64,000 bases of DNA, taken from contig CAVRZA010000001.1 of assembly GCA_963725665.1 (NCBI GenBank), positions 480,001 through 544,000 on the forward strand, in the 5' to 3' direction. Of the stretch, positions 50,544-61,131 are shown piece by piece. Below the pieces are notes generated by a model that had not been told where the DNA came from, did no database searches, and saw only the letters and a list, made by a program, of their open reading frames with translations. Position numbers and translations under genes: made by a program. Numbering within the stretch: position 1 is the first letter of the stretch; the number at the start of each line of letters is the position of its first letter. Source of the DNA: an uncultured Actinomycetes bacterium (GTDB lineage Bacteria; Actinomycetota; Thermoleophilia; UBA2241).

Positions 50544-50987
50544 ATGGCTCGTCTGGTGGGAATCAATCACGTAGCGCTCGAAGTCGCAGACGTCGGCGAG
50601 GCCCTTGACTGGTACGGGCGCTTCTTCTCCTTCGATTTGCGTGGCAGAGTCGGCTCGAGGGCGGCCTTCATCGACATGGGCGACCAGTTCCTCGCGCTCA
50701 TGGCGGGACGTACGCAGCCCCCCGACGCGGTAAGGCACGTCGGGCTGGTGGTCGACGATAAGGAAGCTGTGCGACGGCAGCTCAGGCGGGAGGGCATAAG
50801 CGTGCAGGAATCCGGATCTCTGGACTTCACAGATCCCTGGGGTAACCACGTGCAGGTCGTCGACTACCGCGAGATCCAGTTCACGAAGGCCCCGTCGGTG
50901 CTGCGCGGCATGGGGCTCGAGGAGCTTGGCAAGACCGAGCAGGCGCTCGATGAGCTGCGCAAGAAGGGACTCGCCCGTGAGCCATAG
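50544..50987 (+). CDS. VOC/glyoxalase family protein (copy of 19933-20376)
   Basis: 147 aa, 7 aa differences from copy 1. Confidence 0.9.
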   Translation: MARLVGINHVALEVADVGEALDWYGRFFSFDLRGRVGSRAAFIDMGDQFLALMAGRTQPPDAVRHVGLVVDDKEAVRRQLRREGISVQESGSLDFTDPWGNHVQVVDYREIQFTKAPSVLRGMGLEELGKTEQALDELRKKGLAREP

Positions 50988-51030
50988 CGGACTGAGGAGT
51001 CCGTGGCGGAACGAACCTCTCTGGGCTCAC

Positions 51031-51207
51031 CTACTCGCCTGCGAACACCAGCCGCGCGATCAGTGCCGCCGCCTCCTCCTGCATCGCCGGAATGGCGTGC
51101 GAGTAGGTGTCGAGCGTGATCGAGACAGTCGCCGTGTCCGAGACGTTCGCTGACGACCTTCGGGTGAACACCGGATGCAGGGCGAGGGTGGCGTGGGTGT
51201 GGCGTAG
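51031..51207 (-). repeat. Integrase 3'-end remnant (tail 20)
   Basis: LRHTHATLAL...VHPKVVSERLGH...LVFAGE*. Confidence 0.9.
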
Positions 51208-51452
51208 ACCGCCGTCACTCCCGCAGTGGTCGGGCTGGGACCCTCGTCGCAGTGGGCCCGGGCGGGTGCCAGGCCGGCGGCGACCGATAGCGCCGCTGCG
51301 AAGCCTCTGGTCAGCCGCCTCGGGGGGTGCGGCGGGTGCCCTATGCCCTGGCCGGGGGAATAGATAGTTGCACGGTCAAATGGCCGTGGCGTCGTGGCCG
51401 GCGAGAACAGTCTCGGCGGCGGACGCGTCCAGTCGCCAACGAGGACTATGCC

Positions 51453-51746
51453 ATGCCCGCACTCACCTCCCCGAAGACCTTCGACTGCGAGATCTGCAGC
51501 GCGGTCCTGAAGTCGCAGCGGGACCTCGACAACCATATGTGCTTGCTTCACGACGACTGCGGTGAGGCACGGCTCGGCACCCCGATCACGTTTCGCTGCG
51601 CCACCTGCGGGGAGGCCTTCGCGCGCCGCGGCGACCTGTATGCTCACCTGCGCCAGCGCCGCCACGGACACCCCGCCGAGTGGGATATGGCGCGTCCGCC
51701 GGGTGCGCAGCGCCTGCGCGGCCGGCCTGGGCGTCGCAGCGGCTGA
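51453..51746 (+). CDS. Small protein with two C2H2 zinc fingers
   Basis: FDCEIC...LDNHMCLLH and FRCATCGEAF....DLYAHLRQRRH. Confidence 0.75.
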   Translation: MPALTSPKTFDCEICSAVLKSQRDLDNHMCLLHDDCGEARLGTPITFRCATCGEAFARRGDLYAHLRQRRHGHPAEWDMARPPGAQRLRGRPGRRSG

Positions 51747-51829
51747 CGGCCGGTCTCTGCTGTCAGCCAGTAGCGGCGGCTGACGCTCCCGATCATGCGC
51801 GGCGCCATGCTCCTTCGCGGCGCCCCCGC

Positions 51830-51974
51830 CTGTTTCGTCGCGACCAACAGCCCGGCGATCAGTGCCGCCGCCTCCTCCTGCAGCGCCGGGACGGCGTGCG
51901 AGTAGGTGTCGAGGGTGATGGAAACGGTGGCGTGACCGAGACGCTCCGAGACCACCTTGGGGTGGATGCCCGCG
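51830..51974 (-). repeat. Integrase 3'-end remnant (tail 21)
   Basis: AGIHPKVVSERLGHATVSITLDTYSHAVPALQEEAAALIAGLLVATK. Confidence 0.9.
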
Positions 51975-52161
51975 TGTGCGCCACGTGCAACGTGGTTCGA
52001 AGATAAGTAAGCCGCTTTGCAGGGAAGACTAATTTCACCAAGGACGCCGACATGACGGCCCTCAAAATAGCCGCGCGGGGAAGCTGATGTTGGCGAGATG
52101 AGTGCAGTATCCACTCCGAGGGCTCAAAGCGGCCAGCGGAGAGCGAGGAAGGTGACTCACC

Positions 52162-52599
52162 ATGCGAGAGACCAGGCCCAAATGGATGCGTAGCAGCAAG
52201 GGCACACCGTTCACGGGCATAGGCTCCCTGGAGGCCGACATCCTGGCCATCGTCTGGGAGAAGGACCGCGTCACCGTGCGCGACGTCTACGAGACCCTGC
52301 GCGAGCGGCGTCCGATCGCCTATACGACCGTGATGACTGTCATGAACAACCTGGTGAAGAAGAACCTGCTGGCCCAGGACAAGACGAACATCGCCTACGT
52401 CTACACGCCCGCCATCCCCGGCGCTGAGGTGGCGCAGACGATCCTCGACAGCGTCGTCAATCGTCTGTTGGGCGGGCACGCGAACGTCGCGGTCTCGCAT
52501 CTTCTGGGGCTGCGCACGACCCTGACGGCGGAGCAGACTGCCGGCCTCAAGCGTTACGCCGAGGAGCATCTCCAGGGCGATAAGCCACTTGCGGCCTAA
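52162..52599 (+). CDS. BlaI/MecI/CopY family transcriptional regulator
   Basis: GSLEADILAIVW...TVRDV...IAYTTVMTVMNNLVKK. Confidence 0.88.
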   Translation: MRETRPKWMRSSKGTPFTGIGSLEADILAIVWEKDRVTVRDVYETLRERRPIAYTTVMTVMNNLVKKNLLAQDKTNIAYVYTPAIPGAEVAQTILDSVVNRLLGGHANVAVSHLLGLRTTLTAEQTAGLKRYAEEHLQGDKPLAA

Positions 52600-52725
52600 A
52601 GGCGAGCCTGCGCTTCACGAACGTGGGGGTCACCCGCATGCAGCACGGGATGGCAGGGGACAACGGGCGCGACCGACACCCACCGTTCTTCAGGGGGAAG
52701 CAGGTAAGGACTTGCGCCGGCGCGC

Positions 52726-53055
52726 CTACTCCACCCCGATCAGGATGTCGTCGCCCTCGACCTTGACGGGGTACGACTTGACGTCGTCCGTCTTCCCCCG
52801 GACCAACAGGACCTTGGGGCCGAGCATGTTCTTGCCCGTCCGGACGTCGAATCTGGACCCGTGACGGGGACAGGTGACGATCCCGTCCTTGATGGTCCCC
52901 TGCGACAGGGTGCCGCCCCGGTGCGTGCACGTGTCCGAGATCGCGTAGAGGCTGCCCTCGAGGTTGGCCACGAGTATGGCGCCGCCGCCGTGCTCCACTC
53001 TCAGGACGCTCCCCGGAGGGATGTCGGAGATGCGAGCCGTCTTCACGAATTCCAT
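52726..53055 (-). CDS. Rieske 2Fe-2S ferredoxin
   Basis: CTHRGG...CPRHGSRFD. Confidence 0.9.
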   Translation of the reverse strand: MEFVKTARISDIPPGSVLRVEHGGGAILVANLEGSLYAISDTCTHRGGTLSQGTIKDGIVTCPRHGSRFDVRTGKNMLGPKVLLVRGKTDDVKSYPVKVEGDDILIGVE

Positions 53056-53215
53056 GGGCCACCTCCCGCACACTTCCGGCGCTGACTGTCTCCGCGCCGG
53101 CACCACGTCATCATACCCGCGCGTTCTCGATCGACGGTAGGGCAGCGAACGACCGCGGCCAGTTGTGCTCCCGGCGGTTCGCCGTCGAGTCGACGGCCGA
53201 GGCCGGCGTTGTCGT

Positions 53216-53334
53216 CTATCTGGCCGCAAAGACCAGCTCCGCGATCCTGGCCGCCGCCTCTTCCTGCGTCGCCGGGATGGCGTCGAGCGCCCGGGCCATG
53301 CCGGCGTCTCGATCACCCTCGATACCTACTCGCA
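53216..53334 (-). repeat. Integrase 3'-end remnant (tail 22) with internal inversion
   Basis: 53216-53282 minus strand AIPATQEEAAARIAELVFAAR*; 53283-53334 encodes ERPGHAGVSITLDTYS on plus strand. Confidence 0.88.
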
Positions 53335-53572
53335 ATCCCCCGCCAAATCAGGTGATTGCGATGCTGTCGCGGCATGCCAGGAGAATGGTGCTTTCCGCTC
53401 CGGCCACAGCCTCCTCTGATCCCGTTATCACCGGGCCCCGCGAGGCCCCTGGCGGGGCGCCTTCTCTCTGCAGGGGCGACGGCCCGCCGGTCACATGCTA
53501 GACGACGGGTCGGGGTATAGTGCGAGGTTGAGTGTGCGGTCTACGTTGTCGATAGATGAAGAGACCTCCTGG

Positions 53573-54751
<1,179 letters not shown>

Positions 54752-54940
54752 CCCCCGTCGCGGAGATCACATGCCGGCGCTGCCTGGTTTCATGGGGGGA
54801 GTGTCCGTGGCGGTGGGGGAAAACCCTCGTGAGGCCTCTCCCAGTCTACGCTCCCTGAGGCCGAGCACAAGGAGGGCAGTGAGACCGGCAGCGACAGCGA
54901 GAAGCGCCGCGGTTGTACCTAGCTGTCACTCGACGAATGA

Positions 54941-55110
54941 GAGGCGCTCTGGGATCCCCTGTGGTTTCACTCACCCGGCATTGGCTCGTCGCCGCGCCAC
55001 CTGGCCGAGAACGCCGACGCCATTCGCCAAGACTGGCCCCGCATCCCTCTCCTGGGTCTCAGCCGATGCCCCCCTCGCCTCCGCCGACCTCGACCGCCGT
55101 GTCGTGGCGC
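54941..55110 (+). pseudogene. Possible fragment of type ISP restriction-modification enzyme C-terminal domain
   Basis: LWFH....G.SP.HLAENADAIRQDWPRIPL; recognised from memory of family motif. Confidence 0.4.
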
Positions 55111-55241
55111 TGCTTGACATCCAATCTCCGGTGGTCGGGGTCAGTTGGAGTAAGGCATCCATCCCGCGCGTAAGTAGCGCCGACATGGGAAGCGCCCGCC
55201 GGGCCGGCTTGGCCGGCCCGGCGGGCGCGCACGAGCTTGCG

Positions 55242-55439
55242 TCAGACGGGCTTCACGTTGACGGCCTGCGGGCCCTTCTGGCCCTCAGTCACGTCGAACT
55301 CGACGGCCTGGCCCTCAGCAAGCGTCCCGACTCCCGGGGCAAGCTCGTTGGCGTGCACGAACACGTCCTTGCCCTCTTCCTGCTCGATGAAGCCGTAGCC
55401 CTTCTGTACGCTGAACCATTTCACTTTGCCTTGAGCCAC
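55242..55439 (-). CDS. Cold-shock protein (CspA family)
   Basis: GKVKWF..KGYGFI...DVFVH...[10 protein letters not shown]. Confidence 0.93.
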   Translation of the reverse strand: MAQGKVKWFSVQKGYGFIEQEEGKDVFVHANELAPGVGTLAEGQAVEFDVTEGQKGPQAVNVKPV

Positions 55440-55622
55440 CTTGTACTCCTCGTCTCATGAGCGTGTCCGCGGCGACTGTCGAGGCAACGATGCGCGCTCT
55501 TCTCCGATGCGCTGCTTACGACGGATGTCACAGCGCAACCAGCTGCCTCACTGTACGCTCTCTCCGCCTTCGGGGGAATCGGGTATCGGCAAAGGGGGCC
55601 GACGGCAGAGGAAGCGACGGCC

Positions 55623-55927
55623 TCAGCGTGGACGGCGACGGCCGCGTCTGTCGACCCCGCTGCCGGTCATGACATAGGGCAGCAGCGCCATCTCGCGGGC
55701 GCGCTTGATGGCGAGGGCGACCTGGCGCTGATGGCGCCGGCAGGAGCCAGTGGTGCGCGGCGGCTTGATCTTGCCCTTGTCGTTGATGAAGCGGCGCAGG
55801 ACGGTGGAGTCCTTGTAGTCGACCTCGTCGATCTTCTCCTTGCAGAAGTGGCAGTAGCGACGGCGTGAGGGGTCCAAGGGACGGTCCCTCTTCTTCTCGG
55901 GCCGCGACTTGCCTTGCGGCTCGGCAT
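55623..55927 (-). CDS. rpsR: Ribosomal protein S18 paralog, probable frameshift near 55880
   Basis: RRRYCHFC..IDEVDYKD..LRRFI..GKI.P.R.TG.C..HQR.VA.AIKRAREMALLPY; RBS-linked ATG 55927 is in a different frame. Confidence 0.8.
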
Positions 55928-55977
55928 GCTGGTTCCTTTCTCGGCCGCCTAGGCGAGCGGGCGTGCTGGTGGGAGGC

Positions 55978-56170
55978 TCAGCATGTCCCCATGAGAGTTG
56001 CTGCACAAGACCCACAGGCTGGGACGGGCTGCCTTGGGCAGGCGTTGCCAAGGGCGTCACTCGATCGCGCCTCCTGCAGGCTGCGCAGGCCGTCGCCGTC
56101 GGGCGGCGCCGCCGTGACCGCCACCTGCTCACCGCGCTCGTTGAGCAGGCAAACGTCCAAGCGCTTCCTT
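55978..56170 (-). mobile_element. IS110-family remnant (internally deleted)
   Basis: RKRLDVCLLNERGEQV...PPDGDGLRSL resembles IS110 transposase N-terminus. Confidence 0.5.
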
Positions 56171-56284
56171 GTCGGCGGCGACGGTCGAGCATCGCGACAA
56201 GGGCTGCGGGCGGATAGACAGTCGCGCCCCTTTCCTGCCTGTCCTTTCGGGCGTACAGTGGCGCCGTCGACAAAGGGGGGGGTC

Positions 56285-56671
56285 ATGGACAACTGGATCC
56301 TGTGGGACGACCCAACGAACGAAGACCCGGTCGGTCGCGCTGCCTCCTGCGACAGGCAACTGCGGTACTACCTCGGACAGCGCGTCTTCGACTTCATCCC
56401 TGCAGCGCACGAAGATCCGGATACTACGCACACGCTGGTCGCAGGGTACATCAACCTAACGCTCAGAGAGTGGCGCTCGCTGGTCGGGCGCGACGATGGC
56501 GTGCTGACGTTCAGACAGCCGGACGACCCCTACGAGAAGACGTATATCTTAGAGATCCCAGCGGACCCCAACGTACCCGACGACCGGGGGGAACTCAATA
56601 GAATCGCCAAAGACGCGGCCGTCCGCCGACTCTTCCGCCATGTGCAAGCGGAACTAGTGGACAGCAACTAA
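56285..56671 (+). CDS. Hypothetical protein (copy of 37617-38003)
   Basis: Identical translated sequence. Confidence 0.7.
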   Translation: MDNWILWDDPTNEDPVGRAASCDRQLRYYLGQRVFDFIPAAHEDPDTTHTLVAGYINLTLREWRSLVGRDDGVLTFRQPDDPYEKTYILEIPADPNVPDDRGELNRIAKDAAVRRLFRHVQAELVDSN

Positions 56672-56769
56672 CCCCGAGCGAGCTGGGGCGGCCTATCGGC
56701 GTTCTGGCTGGGAATCCGTCGCGACGAGCACGATGGAGAGCGCGACGAGGGCGGCGACGAGCAGGAGCG

Positions 56770-59700
56770 TCATCGGCGCGCGCCATCTAGCTGGCATACG
56801 GCGAAGGCTCCTTGCTGTATGAGGAGCCGGCACTCCTCGGGAGGAAGCGGGGGGCTAAAGAGGTACCCCTGAGCTTCGTCGCAGCCGCGCTGGACGAGGA
56901 CGTCGACGGCCTCCTGCGTCTCCACGCCTTCGGCGACGACGCCCACGCCCGTGGCGTGGGCGAGATCGATGACCGCGGCCACGATGGCCAGGTCGTCGGC
57001 GTCGTCGGGGATATCGCGAACAAACGAGCGGTCGATCTTGAGCCTGCTGACGGACAACTCTCGCAGCTGTGTGAGCGAGGAGTACCCCGTGCCGAAGTCG
57101 TCGAGGGCGATCGTCACACCGCAGTCGCGCAAGGCGGCGGTTGCTCGCCGGGCGGCAGCGGGATCGGCGAAGGCCGCCGTCTCGGTCACCTCGGCCTCCA
57201 GTAGACGGTGGGGCAGTCCGCTGCGGCGGAGAGCGCGCTCCACGACCGCCAGGATGTCGAGCTCACCTTCGCCCGCTGAGTCCATAGACCCGCGTTTGCC
57301 GTTCACCGGTGCCGTCGCCTGGCTCGGCTGCAGCTGGCGTGCAGACAGATTGACGGCCAGCCGAAGGTCGAAGCCGAACAGGTCGATCCACTCCTTCACC
57401 TGCCGGCAGGCCGTCCCGAGCACCCACGCGCCGATGGGAACGATCAGGCCCGTCTCCTCCGCCAAGGGGATGAAGTCCAGCGGAGGGATGAGCCCCCGGT
57501 CGGGGTGCTGCCAGCGCACAAGCGCCTCGACCCCGACGATCCTGCCCTCCCTCAGGTCCACCTGCGGCTGGTAGTGGAGGGTCAACTGATTCTCTTCTAT
57601 CGCCACTCGCAAGTCGTGCTCCAGCGCGAGCCTTTCGGCTGCCAGGGAGTTCATGCTCATCTCGTAGAAACGGCAGTCGTTGCCGCCGATCTTCTTCGCC
57701 CGACGCATGGCCCTGTCGGCGTTCTTGATGATCTCGGCGGGGTCAGTGCCATCGTCGGGGCACAGCGAGAGCCCGATGCTGGCGCTGATATGGAACGTGT
57801 GCCCATCGACCTGCCACTCGTCGCGAAGCGTCTTCAGGACCTTCTGCGCGGCGACGAGTGCGTCCTCTTCCCCCTTCAGGCCGGGCAAGAGCACCAGGAA
57901 CTCGTCGCCGCCCGACCTCGCCACGGTGTCGTCCTCGCGCACGGCGTGCGTCAACCGCTCGGCGATCGACTTCAGAAGCTCATCGGCGCCGCTGCGACCC
58001 AGCAGGTCGTTGATGTGCTCGAACCGGTCGAGGTCGACCACCGCGACCGCCAGCTTCCGCCTGGTACGCCCGACGGCGGAGATGGCCCGCTCGAGGCGGT
58101 CACTGTAGAGCGTCCGGTTGGGCAGACCGGTGAGGGTGTCGAAGAAGGCTGACCGCTCCATCTGTTCGCGGGCGCGCTTCTGATCCGTGAGGTCATTGAG
58201 GGCGATGATGCAGCCCGTGACCTCTCCCGACGTGTCCAAGAGCGGCGCCGCCCGCGCCGACACCCACAGGTCCGCTCCGCTCAGGGTGGCGTGGTAGGGT
58301 CCCTCGTAGGACGATTCACCCCCCCTGAACGCATCCCGGCAGAGCTTGAGAAGTGCAGGATCCACGGACGATTCCATCTTGAAGCCGATCAAGGTATCGC
58401 GTGAGGTCCGCAGAATCTCGAGGTAGCGGTCGTTACACTCCGTCATCACGAGGTCGCGGTCGACGAAACAGGCCCCGACCGGCGACTGCTCGAAGAGGGC
58501 CTTGTGGAGCTGCTCCGACTCCAGCAGCGACAGCTCGGCCTTCTTGCGCTCCGTGATGTCGCGTGAGATCAGCTGGAGGACGGTCCGACCGTCCTGCTCG
58601 TTCAGTCGCACGCTGGCCTCGACCGGGAAGTCGCTGCCGTCGCGGCGCCGGTGGTTGCTCTCGAACACAAGGCTCCCCTCACTACGAAGCTCGCGCATCA
58701 GCTCCTCGGGACTGTACCGCGACGTCGGCGCGAGAAGATCGCGCATGCTCCGCCCTACGAGACCGTCATCGGCGTAGCCGTACCCCGCGACGGCTCGATC
58801 GTTGGCCTCGAGCACGGTGAGGTCCCCATCGAGGAGCAGGATCATGTCGTTCGCGTACTTGCTGAGGAACTCGTTGCGCTCGTCGCCGCGATGGCGCTCA
58901 ACCTGTTCCTCATAGAGGCGACCCAACGCCTTGTATTCACGCGACCGCCAGAGGTAGTGGATCACGAGCGCGACGGCGAGTACGAGCGCGCCGACCAGCC
59001 CGACGATCGTCAGCACCCATTGTCCGAGACCCGCGTAGATCTCGCTGCGGTTGATCTTCGTGACGATGAACCAATCCGACGAAGGTACGCTGCGTACCGC
59101 CGCGAGGACCTCGATGCCACGGTAGTCCCGCGTGTCGAACACGCCCTCCTTGCCTTCGACGGCCAGGCTGGCGGCAAGCTGGGCGTTCGAGATGGGCAGA
59201 TAGAAGCGTAGTGGTGCGCCGGCCTGGTACCGGAGAGTGCTCAGATACTCGAGGCGGACGCCATTGCGACGCACGAGGAGGCTCTCGCCGGTCTCCGACT
59301 GAAGGGGCCAGCGAGCGACCAGAGGATACAGGTACCTCTCGGGGTCGACGCGCAGGACCAGGACTCCTAAGGAACGCGCTCCGGAGCGGCCGACGAGCGG
59401 CGTCGCGAAATCGAGGACGGGCCTGCCACGCGACAGCAGGAAGTCGCACGCCGAGCGGTCGTGGTCGGAGAGAGCGGCTTCGAGGAGGGCCGGTGAAGTC
59501 GATCCCGGCCGTCGGTCACCGGGACCGGCCAGCAGCACGTTCCCAGACGCATCGACGATGAAAGCGGACGTGAAACCGTAGTCCTCGACAAAAGAGGCCA
59601 GCCAGCGCCGCGTCCTCTCCCGAGCCCGCGGTGCGTGCCGCGCGACATACTCCGCCGCTGCGGCGACATCGAGTGCGTCGTTGCCGGCCACGGCAACGTC

Positions 59701-60006
59701 GGCGCGGCGTTCCGCCAGCCAGTGAGTGATCTCACCAGCCTTCAGGGCCTCGATGGATTGAAGTCTCCCGGCGGCCTGCTGCCGAGCGACACCTGTCCGG
59801 TATTCATAGAGGATGTGCGCCAGCACGGCGAGAGCCGATGCCAGGGCGAGGCACACGAAGAGCATAGTGAGTGCCCGGACGGGAGAGGCTCGCGCGATCG
59901 CGGCCGCACTGCGCGCGCGATCGCCCGCCGTGCTTCTCGATCCGCTCACCAACAGACGCTCCCAACGCTCGCCTGACCTTCGAAGCGGGCGCAGCACCAC
60001 CGGCAT
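56770..60006 (-). CDS. Membrane sensor diguanylate cyclase/phosphodiesterase (extracellular domain, 2 PAS, GGDEF, EAL)
   Basis: Two TM helices; PAS (RRRDGSDFPVE); DTLTGLPNR, SGGDEF; YQPQ..EALVRW, DDFGTGYSSL; start uncertain. Confidence 0.92.
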   Translation of the reverse strand: MPVVLRPLRRSGERWERLLVSGSRSTAGDRARSAAAIARASPVRALTMLFVCLALASALAVLAHILYEYRTGVARQQAAGRLQSIEALKAGEITHWLAERRADVAVAGNDALDVAAAAEYVARHAPRARERTRRWLASFVEDYGFTSAFIVDASGNVLLAGPGDRRPGSTSPALLEAALSDHDRSACDFLLSRGRPVLDFATPLVGRSGARSLGVLVLRVDPERYLYPLVARWPLQSETGESLLVRRNGVRLEYLSTLRYQAGAPLRFYLPISNAQLAASLAVEGKEGVFDTRDYRGIEVLAAVRSVPSSDWFIVTKINRSEIYAGLGQWVLTIVGLVGALVLAVALVIHYLWRSREYKALGRLYEEQVERHRGDERNEFLSKYANDMILLLDGDLTVLEANDRAVAGYGYADDGLVGRSMRDLLAPTSRYSPEELMRELRSEGSLVFESNHRRRDGSDFPVEASVRLNEQDGRTVLQLISRDITERKKAELSLLESEQLHKALFEQSPVGACFVDRDLVMTECNDRYLEILRTSRDTLIGFKMESSVDPALLKLCRDAFRGGESSYEGPYHATLSGADLWVSARAAPLLDTSGEVTGCIIALNDLTDQKRAREQMERSAFFDTLTGLPNRTLYSDRLERAISAVGRTRRKLAVAVVDLDRFEHINDLLGRSGADELLKSIAERLTHAVREDDTVARSGGDEFLVLLPGLKGEEDALVAAQKVLKTLRDEWQVDGHTFHISASIGLSLCPDDGTDPAEIIKNADRAMRRAKKIGGNDCRFYEMSMNSLAAERLALEHDLRVAIEENQLTLHYQPQVDLREGRIVGVEALVRWQHPDRGLIPPLDFIPLAEETGLIVPIGAWVLGTACRQVKEWIDLFGFDLRLAVNLSARQLQPSQATAPVNGKRGSMDSAGEGELDILAVVERALRRSGLPHRLLEAEVTETAAFADPAAARRATAALRDCGVTIALDDFGTGYSSLTQLRELSVSRLKIDRSFVRDIPDDADDLAIVAAVIDLAHATGVGVVAEGVETQEAVDVLVQRGCDEAQGYLFSPPLPPEECRLLIQQGAFAVCQLDGARR

Positions 60007-60051
60007 ACCACCGGCATGAGAAGACGTGGGCGCGGAGCCCGTTCACGGGGG

Positions 60052-60079
60052 CTATCGGCAATAAGGCTCTTTGGGTTTA
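60052..60079 (-). promoter_or_regulatory. Sigma28 (FliA/WhiG)-like promoter for GGDEF-EAL gene
   Basis: TAAA-N16-GCCGATAG on minus strand. Confidence 0.55.
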
Positions 60080-60226
60080 GGGAGAAGTCCTGCACAAAAC
60101 GCCCGGGGCGCCAGGCGAACATCGATGGCGCCGCGAAAGGCGGCCTTTGTCGTGCTGACGGGCAGACAGGGCGAAACCAAAGGAGTCGATGCCCTCGGTC
60201 ACTGATTTCCTTGACGAGCAGAGCCT

Positions 60227-60272
60227 GTCTGCAAGACCTCCATCACCGATTCGACTCCGGTCGTCGCCTCCA
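60227..60272 (+). mobile_element. tRNA-Cys(GCA) 3'-half att remnant
   Basis: GTCTGCAAGACCTCCATCACCGATTCGACTCCGGTCGTCGCCTCCA; no 5' half; TGCCGAC/CGCCGAC pair at 60331/60343. Confidence 0.7.
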
Positions 60273-60670
60273 AGAACTCTCCTGCAAAGCGGCATCTTCT
60301 GCGCGCGTAACTGGGCAGTCGTTCGGCCGTTGCCGACATCCTCGCCGACAGTCTCACCGTGCCGCGTCAACAGACGGCCAGAACTCCTGCAATATGTGGT
60401 GCCCCGACCGACTCCGTGCGCCGATACTGCTGCCGACATTGGCGGCGGCAGAGACGGTCCTGAGCTACCTTCTTTGCGACCGTTGGTCGTCCAGAGTTCC
60501 AGGGGATCTGGACGACCGCCTGCTGGGCGTGATTGCCCGCTGCGACAGTTGTTCACGGAGGAGGGGTGGGAAGCTTCGCCGCCAGGCGCGTCCCGAGGAG
60601 CTTCGCTACGTCACCGAGGCACTCACCCTGCGCCAGGGCAGTCTCGCCGCCGCCAAACGCCACTCGACGG

Positions 60671-60904
60671 CTAGTGGCGCATCCCGAGCAGCTTCTCGAT
60701 GTCGATCGAGGCCGCGACCGCGTCGATCGGTCCCTTCTCCAGCCACTGGCCGTCGAGCGGGTCGCGCTCATGCTCGGAGCTGCTGATGCAGTACATGCGC
60801 ACGGACTCCGGCGTGATCGCCTTGGCGCGGCGCTTGTGCTGCTTGCGCAGCGCCTCCGCAAGGGCCTTGGCTCGGGTGCGGCTCATCATGTAACACTCCA
60901 TCAT
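60671..60904 (-). CDS. Hypothetical small protein
   Basis: AGGAGG RBS; sigma28-like promoter upstream. Confidence 0.6.
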   Translation of the reverse strand: MMECYMMSRTRAKALAEALRKQHKRRAKAITPESVRMYCISSSEHERDPLDGQWLEKGPIDAVAASIDIEKLLGMRH

Positions 60905-60936
60905 GCCTCCTGCCCTTGCTGTGACGTGTTCGGTCT

Positions 60937-60963
60937 GTATCGGCCGGCGGGGGGCGACCTGTA
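60937..60963 (-). promoter_or_regulatory. Sigma28-like promoter
   Basis: TACA-N15-GCCGATAC. Confidence 0.5.
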
Positions 60964-61085
60964 AGGGGGCGTGTGAAACCCCGTGGTGGCGGTGCCGCAG
61001 CGGCGGCCTCCGCGCGCCGCCCACGAGAGGACCCGATCGCAAGCCCGGATACGAGAACAGGATCTGTGGCGTCGGTGGACGATGC

Positions 61086-61112
61086 TAAAGTTCGCGCGAA
61101 CTTTGCCGATAC
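61086..61112 (+). promoter_or_regulatory. Sigma28-like promoter overlapping an 18-bp palindrome
   Basis: TAAA-N15-GCCGATAC; AAAGTTCGCGCGAACTTT at 61087-61104. Confidence 0.6.
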
Positions 61113-61131
61113 AGAAGGAAACCTCCTGTGT

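Noticed and set aside
2854-53334. CRISPR array
   Set aside because: Repeats are variable-length integrase coding fragments, spacers are gene-sized, and no cas genes are present.
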